From NCBI GenBank assembly GCA_964270895.1, contig OZ185437.1: a stretch of DNA of 64,000 nucleotides; one strand, given 5' to 3'. The position numbers and the translations under genes were made by a program. Shown here piece by piece: positions 37,601 to 48,527 of this stretch. Numbering within the stretch: position 1 is the first letter of the stretch; each line of letters starts with the position of its first letter. Under the pieces are notes generated by a model. It searched no databases. It was given only the letters and a program-made list of their open reading frames with translations, and had not been told where the DNA came from. The DNA comes from Podarcis filfolensis (lineage: Eukaryota).

Positions 37601-38260
37601 GTACTTTTATTTCCCACATTCCTCCTGATGCTTTCTGCTTTAAAGAAGGAGAGAGAAGCTCCCCAAACAATGATATGCTCTGTATGGAATAAAGTTACAA
37701 GACTGATTATATGTTTTAACCTTGTTGTATGGCTCCTTTCCTATTTTGAGAAAGCTCTTGCTATCTGTAGGAAAACAAGCTTTTTAGTGTTCTCTTTTGA
37801 CTTAGCCTACTGTGTCTATAGACATAAAATGTCAGAAGTCATCATGGGCATGCATTAGCCTCCATGCCAACTGAGAATTATAAAAATGAATGTCCACATT
37901 TCGAGAACCTGGGAAAAGACTTTCTGTTAATTTAGGGTGGGCTATCTCCACCCTTTCCCCATAACTGGAGCTGATAAATTGACTTGCTTGACTGGAGTAT
38001 ATTTGTATTGGTATATAGGGTGATTCATTTTAAAGAAAGTAAATTAAGTTATTGGTGTACCTGCAATGGACAAAGTAGATATACTTCCTTCTAATTATAA
38101 CAAGGAGTCACATGGCAGGGATTTTAGTTTTGGGGATAGGATTTCAATTTTAAAAACTTGATTTTATCTGGTATATTTTAATAGTTTATTTTTCAGTTCA
38201 GTACTTTTTAAAAAGGCCTTAATCTGCATTGAACCTGAAAGATAGGACATAAAGCAAATA

Positions 38261-38480
38261 CAGTGGACCTTCGGATTACGTTACCTTTGGGTAACGTAAC
38301 TTTTGGGTTGCGAACGTGGCAAACCCGGAAGTGTATACTTCCGGGTTTCGCCGTGCGTACATGCGCAGAAGCGCTCTGCACGCTTTACGCATGTGTAGAA
38401 GTGGCGCCTCTAGATGCGGACTTTTTGGGGTACGTATGGACCCCCAGAACGAATTAAATTCGTATCTGGAGGGTCCACTG
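38261..38480. mobile_element. Tc1/mariner MITE, 220 bp
   Basis: Ends CAGTGGACC / GGTCCACTG; TA TSDs; internal palindrome AAACCCGGAAGT...ACTTCCGGGTTT. Confidence 0.88.
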
Positions 38481-38558
38481 TACAAATAAATGAAATTTGT
38501 TTTTATCTTATACTGATGTTATTTTAAAAGAGCTAAGCTTTAGTTTATTTTTCTTTAG

Positions 38559-38744
38559 GCAGTCTTGCAGAAGATTCAAGGTCCCCTCTCATCAACAATG
38601 AGGGCATCTCCATTCCCTGCAGAATATCTGGTTGAAATTAACAAGATTTTGCTGGCTATAGCTGATGCTGAGCTCTTGCTGAATGCTCCAGAACTTCATT
38701 CTGGTGTCTATGAAGATTTTTCTACTCAGGAAGATTCATTAAAG
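38559..38744 (+). CDS. UTRN: UTRN exon (ex42 paralog), 186 nt: AVLQKIQGPLSSTMRASPFPAEYLVEINKILL...FSTQEDSLK
   Basis: Acceptor ttctttag, donor GTACTA; YLVEINKILL matches human. Another in-frame AG lies at +12. Confidence 0.92.
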
Positions 38745-39196
38745 GTACTAGAAACTGAAACAAAATATTAGAATAGAAAATTGAGTATTAAAAATGGTGA
38801 TTATTTTCCCCAAACATTCTAACTTGTATAAGCATAAGGAAATTCAATGTATTTCTAAATGTTACAAAATTGCCCCGTGAGTCATAGGCGCCAATTTTTC
38901 TAGCATGGTCGCACAATCTTAGTATAACGCTGCCCTGAATTTGTTACACAGCAGCGATTTCATATATTGAAACATAACTGTAAAAGGCCATCGTCCACAT
39001 GTTGTTTATGGGAAAGGAAAATTACATGATTACTAAAGACTGGCACAATGGTCTTGGGCCTGCTCCTGACATTGTACATGCTGTGTTGCCCTGATGTGCA
39101 CGTCAGCATTTAGAGTGGGGCCAACTGGTGTGCCCAATGCTTGGGGTAGGGCCAAGGGCACAGACTTGCTCCTTAATGTATGTGCAAGATTTTTTC

Positions 39197-39560
39197 TTGA
39201 TCAAGAGTCTGGAAACCAAGCCTCATGATGAGTGGTTGAAGGAGTTCTAGATGCTCAGTCTGGTAAAGGGGAGACTGAAAGGAGATATGGTAGCCATCTT
39301 TAAATATCTAAAGGGTTGTCACTTGGAGGATGGAGCAAATTTGTTTTCTCCTGCTTTGAAGGGTAGGACCTGAACCAAGGAGTGCAAGTTACAGGAAAGG
39401 AGATTCCGTCTAAACCCTGGAAAAAAAATTCTTACAGTAAGAGCTGTTCGGCAGTGGAATGGACTCCCATAAGAGGTGGTGGACTGTCCTTCCTTGGAGG
39501 TTTTAAATCAGGAGTTGGAGGCCATCTGTCATGGATTCTTTAGTTGAGATTCCTGCACTG
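39197..39560 (+). mobile_element. CR1 LINE 3' end
   Basis: Remnants of RLKGDMVAIFKYLKG, KLQERRFRL and VRQWNGLP; 3' UTR follows. Confidence 0.85.
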
Positions 39561-39681
39561 CTTGCTATGTTTACTAGATAGTATCATGTCTCCAAGAGCA
39601 GGGGGTGGATTGTAGGCTCAGGGAAATTAAATATATTTGATACTTCTCCATTCAGGAGCTGTGTAAGTGTGTGTGTGATTG

Positions 39682-39682
<1 letters not shown>

Positions 39683-39720
<38 letters not shown>
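39683..39720. repeat. (TG)n microsatellite
   Basis: Seen directly. Confidence 0.98.
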
Positions 39721-39724
<4 letters not shown>

Positions 39725-40036
39725 AATTTACTTTTTAAGAATGAAAGTAAGTACATGCTCAGACAAAATAAACAGAAAGCATTGTGTTTGGGCTCTTAAG
39801 CTCATTGGATACAAATCTATTTTTACCCTTAGTAAGATATTATAGAAGAACTCATTGTGGTTTAAAAAATAATTAGGGAAAGAAACCTATACTAACAGTG
39901 TTAAAATTACGTTGTTCATGCTTTTTGCAATCCAATCAAAGGGTTCAATTTGTCAAGTTGGCAGTCATCCTTGAGGGTATGCTAATACTTCCTTGTAGAG
40001 CACTTGAACAGGATTTTTGTCTTTCTATGCTTACAG

Positions 40037-40209
40037 AACATAAAAGACATGTTGGACAAACTTGGGGATCAGATTGCAGTCATTCATGAAAAACATCCAG
40101 ATGTTATATTGGAAGCATCTGGATCTGAGGCTGTTCAAATAGCAGATTCTCTGATCCAACTGAATGCAGAATGGGACAGAATTAACAGGATGTATAATGA
40201 TCGTAAATG
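40037..40209 (+). CDS. UTRN: UTRN exon (ex43 paralog), 173 nt: [29 protein letters not shown]...RMYNDRK
   Basis: Acceptor cttacag, donor GTAAGT; phase 0 to 2. Confidence 0.96.
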
Positions 40210-40554
40210 GTAAGTAAAAGGACTACATTTACTTTGTGCTGAAAAAGAAACAGTTGTGCATGCAGAAAAACTGATTTCTGTGATGAAGAAATGAATCTGT
40301 AGGGGAAATTTAAGATACACCCTGGTGGGGATTTTCTGCTTTGGGCAGAACAATTTTGTTGGGCCTGCCAAGCTTGGGTGATTTTTAAAATTATTATTAT
40401 GAATAGCTATCATGAAGTTGCTTAGCAATGTCTGTTTCATGAGCAGGCAGGGGCTCCAGGGGTGTTCTTAAGGTCAGGGATCCAAGGTGGTCCAGTATTA
40501 AAACTAAAAATTGAAATCCAAAAGGAATTCTTACCAAAAAGACTGATCTCCTAC

Positions 40555-41100
40555 TGGCATCATGGGCTCACTGGATTGGATTGGGCTCTGGCTCCACCCT
40601 CGTCACAAGGCAGGAGAAAAATCTCTTTGGGAAGGTGGCAGCTCCCAATCAGTTTTTGCTCCTGCCTGTTCTTCAGCAAGCCCTGCCATAGAAATTTTGG
40701 TTGCAGTTGGGACCCACCCTAATTAGGTAAGCTTTGTGATCCCATGATGCCCATGGGAGAGATAGTATGATTGGTACTCACCTGAAGTGTAGATTGCTGA
40801 TGGCATCATGGGATCACTGGACCATGCCCTAATATGGACTGCAAATATTGGTTCTGCTATTACCCACATGCCTTTAAGTTTGCAGTTTGTTCCTATTATT
40901 AGGAACACTGTTTGTGACGCCAATGACTGTTTGAGCTTGGTGAGACCGCAAAACTGTTTGGGAGCTGCCCACTTCCCAAAGAGTTTTTTTCTTCCGCCTC
41001 ATGACCAGGATGGAGCCCAGAGCCCAACCCAATTCAGTGACCCCATGATGTCATCAGAGATGTACAGTTTACGTGAGTACCAATAGTACTTTCTCATGAA
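40555..41100. repeat. Imperfect inverted-repeat complex
   Basis: 40555-40656 is the reverse complement of 40950-41053; about 40750-40820 is the reverse complement of about 41030-41100. Confidence 0.8.
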
Positions 41101-41537
41101 TCACAGAAGAAGCTCACTATTCAAGGCTCAACCTCTTCACTCTCAACCTCAACTCTGTCTCCTTTTCTTTCTATACGTTAGTGTTTAGCTCAGCTTTACT
41201 GTTTCCTTCATAGCAAAGCTCTGTTCCCAGGACACAGAAAGCAAGATGGCAATGCTAGGGCTGCATACCTTCCTCCTTATTTTTGGTCTGATTATCTGTG
41301 GGGTGGGCAGGGTGCTCCCTACTCTTAGGGATAGTTGTGGCCCTCTCTAACAAGAATTTCCTGGGTCCCTATAAGTAGATGAATGAAAGATGCCCCAACT
41401 TACAGCCTAATTGCTGGATGCTATAAAAAAAGAAAAATCCCACCAAAGGCAAACAGTACAAGATGTATGTTATTCTGCCTTTAACCATCAATTGAAATTA
41501 ATGTTCATTTCCCACCAGCCTGTGCCTGGCTGGGTTA

Positions 41538-41907
41538 AAGGTAAAGGTAAAGGTACCCCTGCCCGTACGGGCCAGTCGTGACCGACTCTAGGGTTGCGCG
41601 CTCATCTCGCTCAAGAGGCTGGGAGCTGGCGCCGTCCGAAGACACTTCCGGGTCACGTGGCCAGCGTGACGAAGCTGCAACTGGCGAGCCAGCACCAGTG
41701 CCGCACACGGAAACGCCGTTTACCTTCCCGCTATAAAGCGGTACCTATTTATCTACTTGCACTTAGGGGTGCTTTCGAACTGCTAGGTGGGCAGGAGCTG
41801 GGACCGAACGACGGGAGCTCACCCCGCCGCAGGGATTCGAACCGCCGACCTTACGATCAGCAAGTCCTAGGCACTGAGGTTTTACCCACAGCGCCACCCG
41901 CGTCCCA
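41538..41907 (-). mobile_element. Sauria SINE, full length, young
   Basis: Reverse head GGGACGCGGGTGGCGC; (TTTACC)n tail; perfect 13-bp TSD CCTGGCTGGGTTA at 41525-41537 and 41908-41920. Confidence 0.94.
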
Positions 41908-41985
41908 CCTGGCTGGGTTACCAAGGTCCTAAAGTCTCTTAAGGAGCTTCCATATGTAGGATTCTGGGATGCTGGGCTTTGATTC

Positions 41986-42230
41986 TGTTATGTAGAGGGT
42001 GAACATAGCAGACGACACAGAGATTTCTCCAATTAGTTCTTTATAAGTAAGCTGGAACTGAACTGAACTGAACACAGCTCAGCCGGCCCGCTTTTATAGG
42101 CAGCCGGCTGTCAACATTGTAACAACAATAGCCCAGGGTTTCCCACCTAAATTAACTTACGTGGACCTGAGTGAAAACTCTATATACAATACCCCCTGGT
42201 GTGCAGGGTGAGAACTTCAATACATAACTA
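41986..42230 (-). mobile_element. Solo LTR, about 245 bp
   Basis: Inverted ends TGTTATGTA / TACATAAC; minus-strand TATAAAAG followed by a pyrimidine-rich tract and ATAAAG. Confidence 0.65.
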
Positions 42231-44273
42231 CTGTAAGGGCTGATCCACCACCATTGCCAAACAAGTAACAATTTGAAGTTCCGGGCACTATTCCTCTGCA
42301 TATTTGAATCTTCACAATCCTTTTGGAAACTTCAGTAATCTGATTAAGTTAACAGTTAAGCAGCCAAACCACTCTTCCTATTTAAAAAGATAAATTAAAC
42401 CTTCGCAGTTAATTGGTGCAGTACAACAGATTGACTTTCTAGCTGATTCATTGAAGGGTAAGACATTCCTTGAATCTCATAAATATTGCATCTTATTTTG
42501 CATCTTATTTAAAATGTGACTGTGCTTGTTAAGCATTCCTTTGAGGCTAAGGCTTGTAACATTACAAGTAGTGTTTACAAGTACTGTCGATAGGTTTTAT
42601 TTTATGTAATTCACGGACAGTACAATTTAAGGTCCTGAAGACTGTTGATCAACACTCCCAATATATTATCGGGAGTTGCTTTTAACCCATAAAGCTAAAA
42701 TCAGTCATTATAAAGAAATGAGTTTTATTATAATGATTCATACTGACTTTTGTATCAGTCAGGTTTAAATTTTAAATGGATGGGATATTAGACTCCATTA
42801 TGATCAAATATACTTAGTTGTCAAAGTACCTCATTATACTCGTTGATTTCCAGTGGTAGAAGTCTTTGAAAGTTTCTTTGGATATATTCTACTAGAACGC
42901 AAGAATTAGCTGGTCTTCTGTTTGCAGTGTTACTCACTCCTGATCCAGACCTCTTAGGGCTCAGTCTTCATACAGACAGAAAGCTGATTATCACACTTAG
43001 TACTAATTTGTTCCTTGCTCATGTACTAAAGTGGGTTGTTTGCAGGTGCATTTATATCCAGCATGTATGGGGTATTAGGGGAGGGCAATACCTTTGGTGA
43101 GGGCCATGTCATGCTCCTTCTAACCAGTTGTTGCCACATTATTTTCTGTGTGGGTAACTAGTTTCTTCCCAATCCTCTTCATACATTTCCCTCTCTAGCT
43201 GGATCAGCATATGGGGGAAGGAATGGAGCTATGCGGAGTAGCCTATCTCCTTGGTTTCTGTGCATACAACAGTACATGAAATGGCTTCCAAATGATCTAG
43301 AACCCTTCATGCGCATGGAAACCTGAAAACCTTTGTGTGCACATGACCCTGCGCTTCAGACTTGGAGGTGTATGGGTGGGGTTAGTCGATGCAGCCCGGC
43401 CCCCTTTCATGCGTCTTTTCTGAATATGTCTTCTGCTGGTTCTGCAAATTTTGCTGCAGAATTGGTAATGTACAGCAGTTGATTAGCCGATGGTCAGGTG
43501 CAAACAACTCCAATTGTTTGACATCTCAACCCTTTTTATAAATAGATTGGTGTTGCTTTGAAAGGAGCTGCCTGTATGTTCATTTACATATAGAGCAACT
43601 TACTGTCATTTCTGAAAACAGCACAATCCATTTGTAATACATTGCAAACTGCTCTTGGGGGCATGGTGGGGTGCCAGCACCTACTCTGTTGCAAAATCTG
43701 TAGAACTGATTTTCATGGTGCTCAGTCCTGGAGAAAAACTAGTTCATATGAGCTCACTGCCACACAGCTATAGTATTTGGCTCATTTCCTACTTTTTCTT
43801 GATATGCTGTTAACAGCAGTAGGTTTTTGATGGATCTGTGGACAAATTTGATTTTGGAATAAGGGAGATATGACCTTTGTGCAATTTGTTCTGTTGCATC
43901 TCAGAACATAGGCTTTGACTATGTCCAACTCCCTTCTGAATGGCAAAAATAGCAGTGGGTGGATTGAATCATAACGTTACTGTGTATAAACCAAGAATAA
44001 TTAATCATTTTTTTGCATACCGACTGGTGAGTGACACCTAATCAATCTTTATTTTTCATGCAGTTAAATTTTATTTATCACGTGTTGCTCTTTTTGCTAA
44101 GTTGCAGTGCTTCTGTTGTCCCCTACCCACTCAATATTGCTCTTTACAAGAGCAACACCCATTCTGCAAGGATATTTCCATTTTGTGGGATTTTTTGTTG
44201 CACAAAACACTCTTGCTTTTGAAATATATGCACAGGCAATTAACCGTTTCCCCTCCCCTTCTGTTTCTTTTAG

Positions 44274-44424
44274 TTGCTTTGATAAGTCTGTGGAAGAGTG
44301 GAGACAGTTCCATTGTGATCTCAACGATCTCTCCCAGTGGTTAGCAGAAGCGGAAGGGTTGCTGGCTGAGGCCCAAACTCAAGATGGCGGCCTGGATTTA
44401 GAAATGGCAAAGATACACCAGCAG
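44274..44424 (+). CDS. UTRN: UTRN exon (ex44 paralog), 151 nt: [30 protein letters not shown]...KIHQQ
   Basis: Acceptor tcttttag, donor GTATCT; phase 2 to 0. Confidence 0.96.
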
Positions 44425-45711
44425 GTATCTATCTGATCATGGTTTGTTAAGGTGGTTTGTTAAGAACTTGCTAACATTTTGATTTGGGTCTGGAAACTAA
44501 TTGTCAGCCAGTGTGAATGCTTCAAAGTGACATGCACAAACATGGGCCAAAAGCTGTTAATAAGTGGATTTCTGCATTCTGTACTAGCCGAAATTTCCAA
44601 ACAGTCTTCAGGCAGCCACATCTAACCCAGCCCATAAACTACCAACACATGAGTGACAGTTGCCAGGTCTCCATTTCCAGTAGCAGGCATAGGGGTTGTA
44701 CCAGCCAAAGCTGATGGAAGACATGCTGGACCACAAATGGATGGAAACCTAATGAAAACCCTTGACTCTCAAATTATTAATGAAGGCGCTTCATACATAT
44801 GCATATACTGAATTTTACTGAACATATGCATTTTACTGAAAGTCTTATCCCCAATCCCCTGGTAAATAAATAAATGTTAAATAACAACACTTTACTGTTC
44901 TCCTTTTAAAAAAAACAAACCTAATTTTTTAAACAACATAACTTAAGGCATGAACCTTCATGATCTTACGTAGACAGAAGTAGTCACACTTACATTTGGC
45001 GCATTTTAATTTGCTATAACTTCATATAATTTCATTTAGCTGCAAAAAGCATTGATAGATCACTGAGTATTGTTTTATTATTTTTAGAGTGTATCTGATT
45101 TTTATAAAAAAAAATTTTGAGCTGTATTTTTTTTTTATAGCACAGTATATTGTATAGAACAGAGAGATCTCTTTTGACAGTTGATGCTTTTTTCTGGTTG
45201 TTAGTGATATGTGAAAGTTTGAGCCTGACTTTCCCTGACTTCCCTCAATTTCCTTGGGTTTCCTACCATATCTGCAGATCATGGGAACACTGTCCTTAAT
45301 TAGCCTAGCTGAAATCTTAGTAAGGCTACAGAGAACAGGCAGCATATCTATTCTGAGACAAACTAATGCAGTGTTTTCCCTTCATCCCTACCCCACAAAC
45401 CAAAATCTGTAGGCAGTATTTCCCCTTTTATCTCAAAGGCATACATGCATACTATGTGAGGAATGCTTAGCCTTCATACTGATTTGATTTCAACATCATG
45501 TTCTTGTACTGTTTGCCTTTGGTAGATTGATATTCATGAATATATTAGCTTACTCTTAATAACAAGTGCCTAATCATTCACTTAAACAACAGTGATTTTT
45601 TATTTTATTTTTTAAACGAGCAATGTGTGCCCAAGTCATTGTTTCAGGCTACACGTCAATGTCATATTGGGTAAGCAACAAAATTCAGCTTGGTTTTTAT
45701 ATTTGTGACAG

Positions 45712-45887
45712 GAACTTGAAGAGGGAGTCAGCAGCCATCAGACCAGCTTTTCGACATTGAACAGAACAGGAGAAGGAATTGTACAGAAGCTCTCTACTAC
45801 AGATGGAAGCTTCCTGAAGGAGAAACTAGCAGGGTTAAATAATCGCTGGAAAGCCATCACTGCTGAAGTTATGGAAAGACAACAGAG
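45712..45887 (+). CDS. UTRN: UTRN exon (ex45 paralog), 176 nt: [58 protein letters not shown]
   Basis: Acceptor gtgacag, donor GTAACT; translated by hand; phase 0 to 2. Confidence 0.96.
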
Positions 45888-46825
45888 GTAACTGGTTCAG
45901 TCAGGTTTTGGGATATCTTAGGAGAAGCATTGGGAACAAGTTTCTCTAGAAGCTCCAAATGACATTGCGTATTTCCTATTTGGTTGAAACGTCCATGCCC
46001 TGAATCTGAAAGGTCCCTCAAGGCTACTTTGAAACAATTAGTGATAATGATGCTGTTTTTAATGTGCATACTCGTTCCATTTCCCCTTGCTCTGTTTTAG
46101 GAAATTGCTCTTTCATTTCTTTTAATATACTCTTTGGGTATATGAGTGCTACATTCATGTTTTGGAATTGCATTTTATCTATTGATGATATTTTCACATT
46201 GCCTTTGGTCCTTCTTAGTATATAGGTGGTTAGCAAGGCTAACCCTCCCCCCAGATTTCCTGCAAAAAGGAAAAAAGGGCATTCAAGATGCAGCTAGATT
46301 AGTCTGTCTGAAGTTGAATTATTAGTTGTGTTGCCATTTTGAAATGTACATTTAAGTTAATATCTATTCCCCGCCCCAATCAAGATAAACAAAATGCTAG
46401 TTTACCACAGAGGCATAATGTACCAATGTTATAGTCATTCCCACCACCAGTCTAGCTTTATGCAGTGCATACATAATTTTAAAAATACTTGCTTGGTATG
46501 ATTGAAGACAGTGTGCAAATTCTTTCAATTTCTACACAGAATATGAAATATTGCTGGGAATTGTTTAAAATTAAATACATCTTTTTAGGCCTAAGGCAAC
46601 CCAGGGAACACTTTAAGCATTTCTTTACCTGAAGTCACATTGCTGGAGAGAATGTGGAAATGTCACATGAAGAACTTTGTACACTTGAATTGATTTTTTA
46701 AATTCAACTTTGTAGTTTGTTATATTAGTAAGCTGTAGATGGAGTGTGTTTTCTTATTGCTTTTACCTTTCTGTATTTATATTGATGTTCTTGTTTTATA
46801 TTCCACTTTGGGGTTTGCGCCTTAG

Positions 46826-46961
46826 ACTGAAAGGAGAGAATCAACCATTACTAGACTTCACAAGAAACCTAGATGAATTTAGTTGCTGGCTGGAAAACAT
46901 AGAAAATGCACAGGAAGAGAAGCCTACAATCAGCCGTGAAGAAAATTTGAAGGAATTAATG
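46826..46961 (+). CDS. UTRN: UTRN exon (ex46 paralog), 136 nt, GC donor: LKGENQPLLDFTRNLDEFSCWLENIENAQEEKPTISREENLKELM
   Basis: Acceptor gccttag; 45 codons, as in human. Frame is kept only with the donor ATG/GCAAGT. Confidence 0.88.
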
Positions 46962-48377
46962 GCAAGTTAGATAGAAATGATTGCATACTTTATTTGAATT
47001 TATTCCTCCTTATTCCTACTGGTGCTACTGAATAACTAATTAATTTGAAAGGATTCTTTAGTTCACAAATAATTGTTGTGCATTAGGTTGAGATGAATAA
47101 TTTGATACTAAGAGAGCCAATGCTACTGCTGCCTAAATGGACCCAGTCGAAGTGTACGGAACACATCACACATAACCCAAGTGCAGCGCTGGGTCTGTTC
47201 GTTGCCTGTGGCAGGACACACTGAGCAGAACTGCACTCCTGGGACATCCCAACTGGTGGAAAGGAAGAGGCGTTTTTTTGCAAAATCCTCCTATCTCTTG
47301 CAGTTCCCTGAAAATCTGCTCTGCAGAATTGGAGAATCCTCTGGAACAGTGTGGGAAGGAGGAATAAGCGAAAAACATTTCCTCCTCCTTGTGCCAGAGG
47401 AGCCTCTGGTGAATCAAAGTCCCTTTTATGAACAGAATCCTTGCATGAAATTATTGCTAAAAGTACAAAGAGCTGCAATCTAGCACACTGATTTGGGGCT
47501 TCAAGAGCACAAAACTAAGCACTGGACCAATAATCTCAATCCAGCAGACTGGGTGTGCAACGAATTTCCACTGCTGCCTATGAAAGGAAAGTGACCGTGT
47601 TAGTTTTAATTTAAACGTCAATACTAAAACTTTTCATTAATATTCCCAAAGTCAGTAAATAACTTGTATTTAGAACCTGTGGAATCAGCAGGGCACACAG
47701 AGGCCTATGTTATTGTGCATTACACAAGTCCTCCACAAATTAACCTAGTTTTTAAATTGTTTTTATTTACTTACATTTATATCCTGGTATTTTTCTATTA
47801 TGCAACCCAAGGCAGCATACATGTGATTCCCAGGAAGTTACGCATTCAGGAACTCTCCAGACCTAGTGAAGTGGTGGCCTCATGTCTTCCGATTGTAACC
47901 TGGAAATAGGGTAGCAAGTCAAGTAAAATCCTATGATCTTCTTAAACCATGCAGAATTTGAAAAATGTTCATTTCCCCCCTCTAGTTTTGCATAATTTGT
48001 TGTTCTTTAAAAAGTATTTTGGATAATTTATTCTGCTTTTGCTTCTCATAGAGAGGTGCCTGAAGTCCAGCTCTTAGCAACACTTGTTGCTTCTCCTCTG
48101 GCACTAGGCATTGTCCATATCTTTTTTTAAAAAAACTAGTCAATGCCTACCTCCTGTGACTTTTCTGTCTAAGGACTCAGCTATACAGCTGCAAATAAAA
48201 CATTTTGAATGTGTTGTAAAGTGCAATATACAACTGTGGCATTAGATGGCAACCATGAGCTATAGCAAATTCAATGCATTTTTCAAAACAATTTTTTTTT
48301 TTAAAAAAAAAGCATTTTCACAACGATTTTAACAGGTCTGTAGATTCCACCAAAAGTGCTTTCTTTAATCGCTTTAG

Positions 48378-48527
48378 GGCTTGATTGAGGAGATGGACAT
48401 GCAAGGAGAAAAACTTAAGTGGCTAAACAAGAATGAACCTGAGCTGATTTCAAATAAAAGCATTGGAGCTCGAGAGAGAGAGAATATTTCTGATAGACTG
48501 AGGACCCTGAATATTAAGTGGAAGAAG
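48378..48527 (+). CDS. UTRN: UTRN exon (ex47 paralog), 150 nt: GLIEEMDMQGEKLKWLNKNEPELISNKSIGARERENISDRLRTLNIKWKK
   Basis: Acceptor gctttag, donor GTATGG; phase 0-0. Confidence 0.94.

Noticed and set aside
44425-44433. GTATCTATC donor as a U12-type intron
   Set aside because: The U12 consensus is GTATCCTT; +6 and later positions differ.
45648-45670. Strong donor TGG/GTAAGC as an alternative first exon or microexon
   Set aside because: It would leave a 41-nt intron before exon 45712, too short for normal vertebrate splicing.
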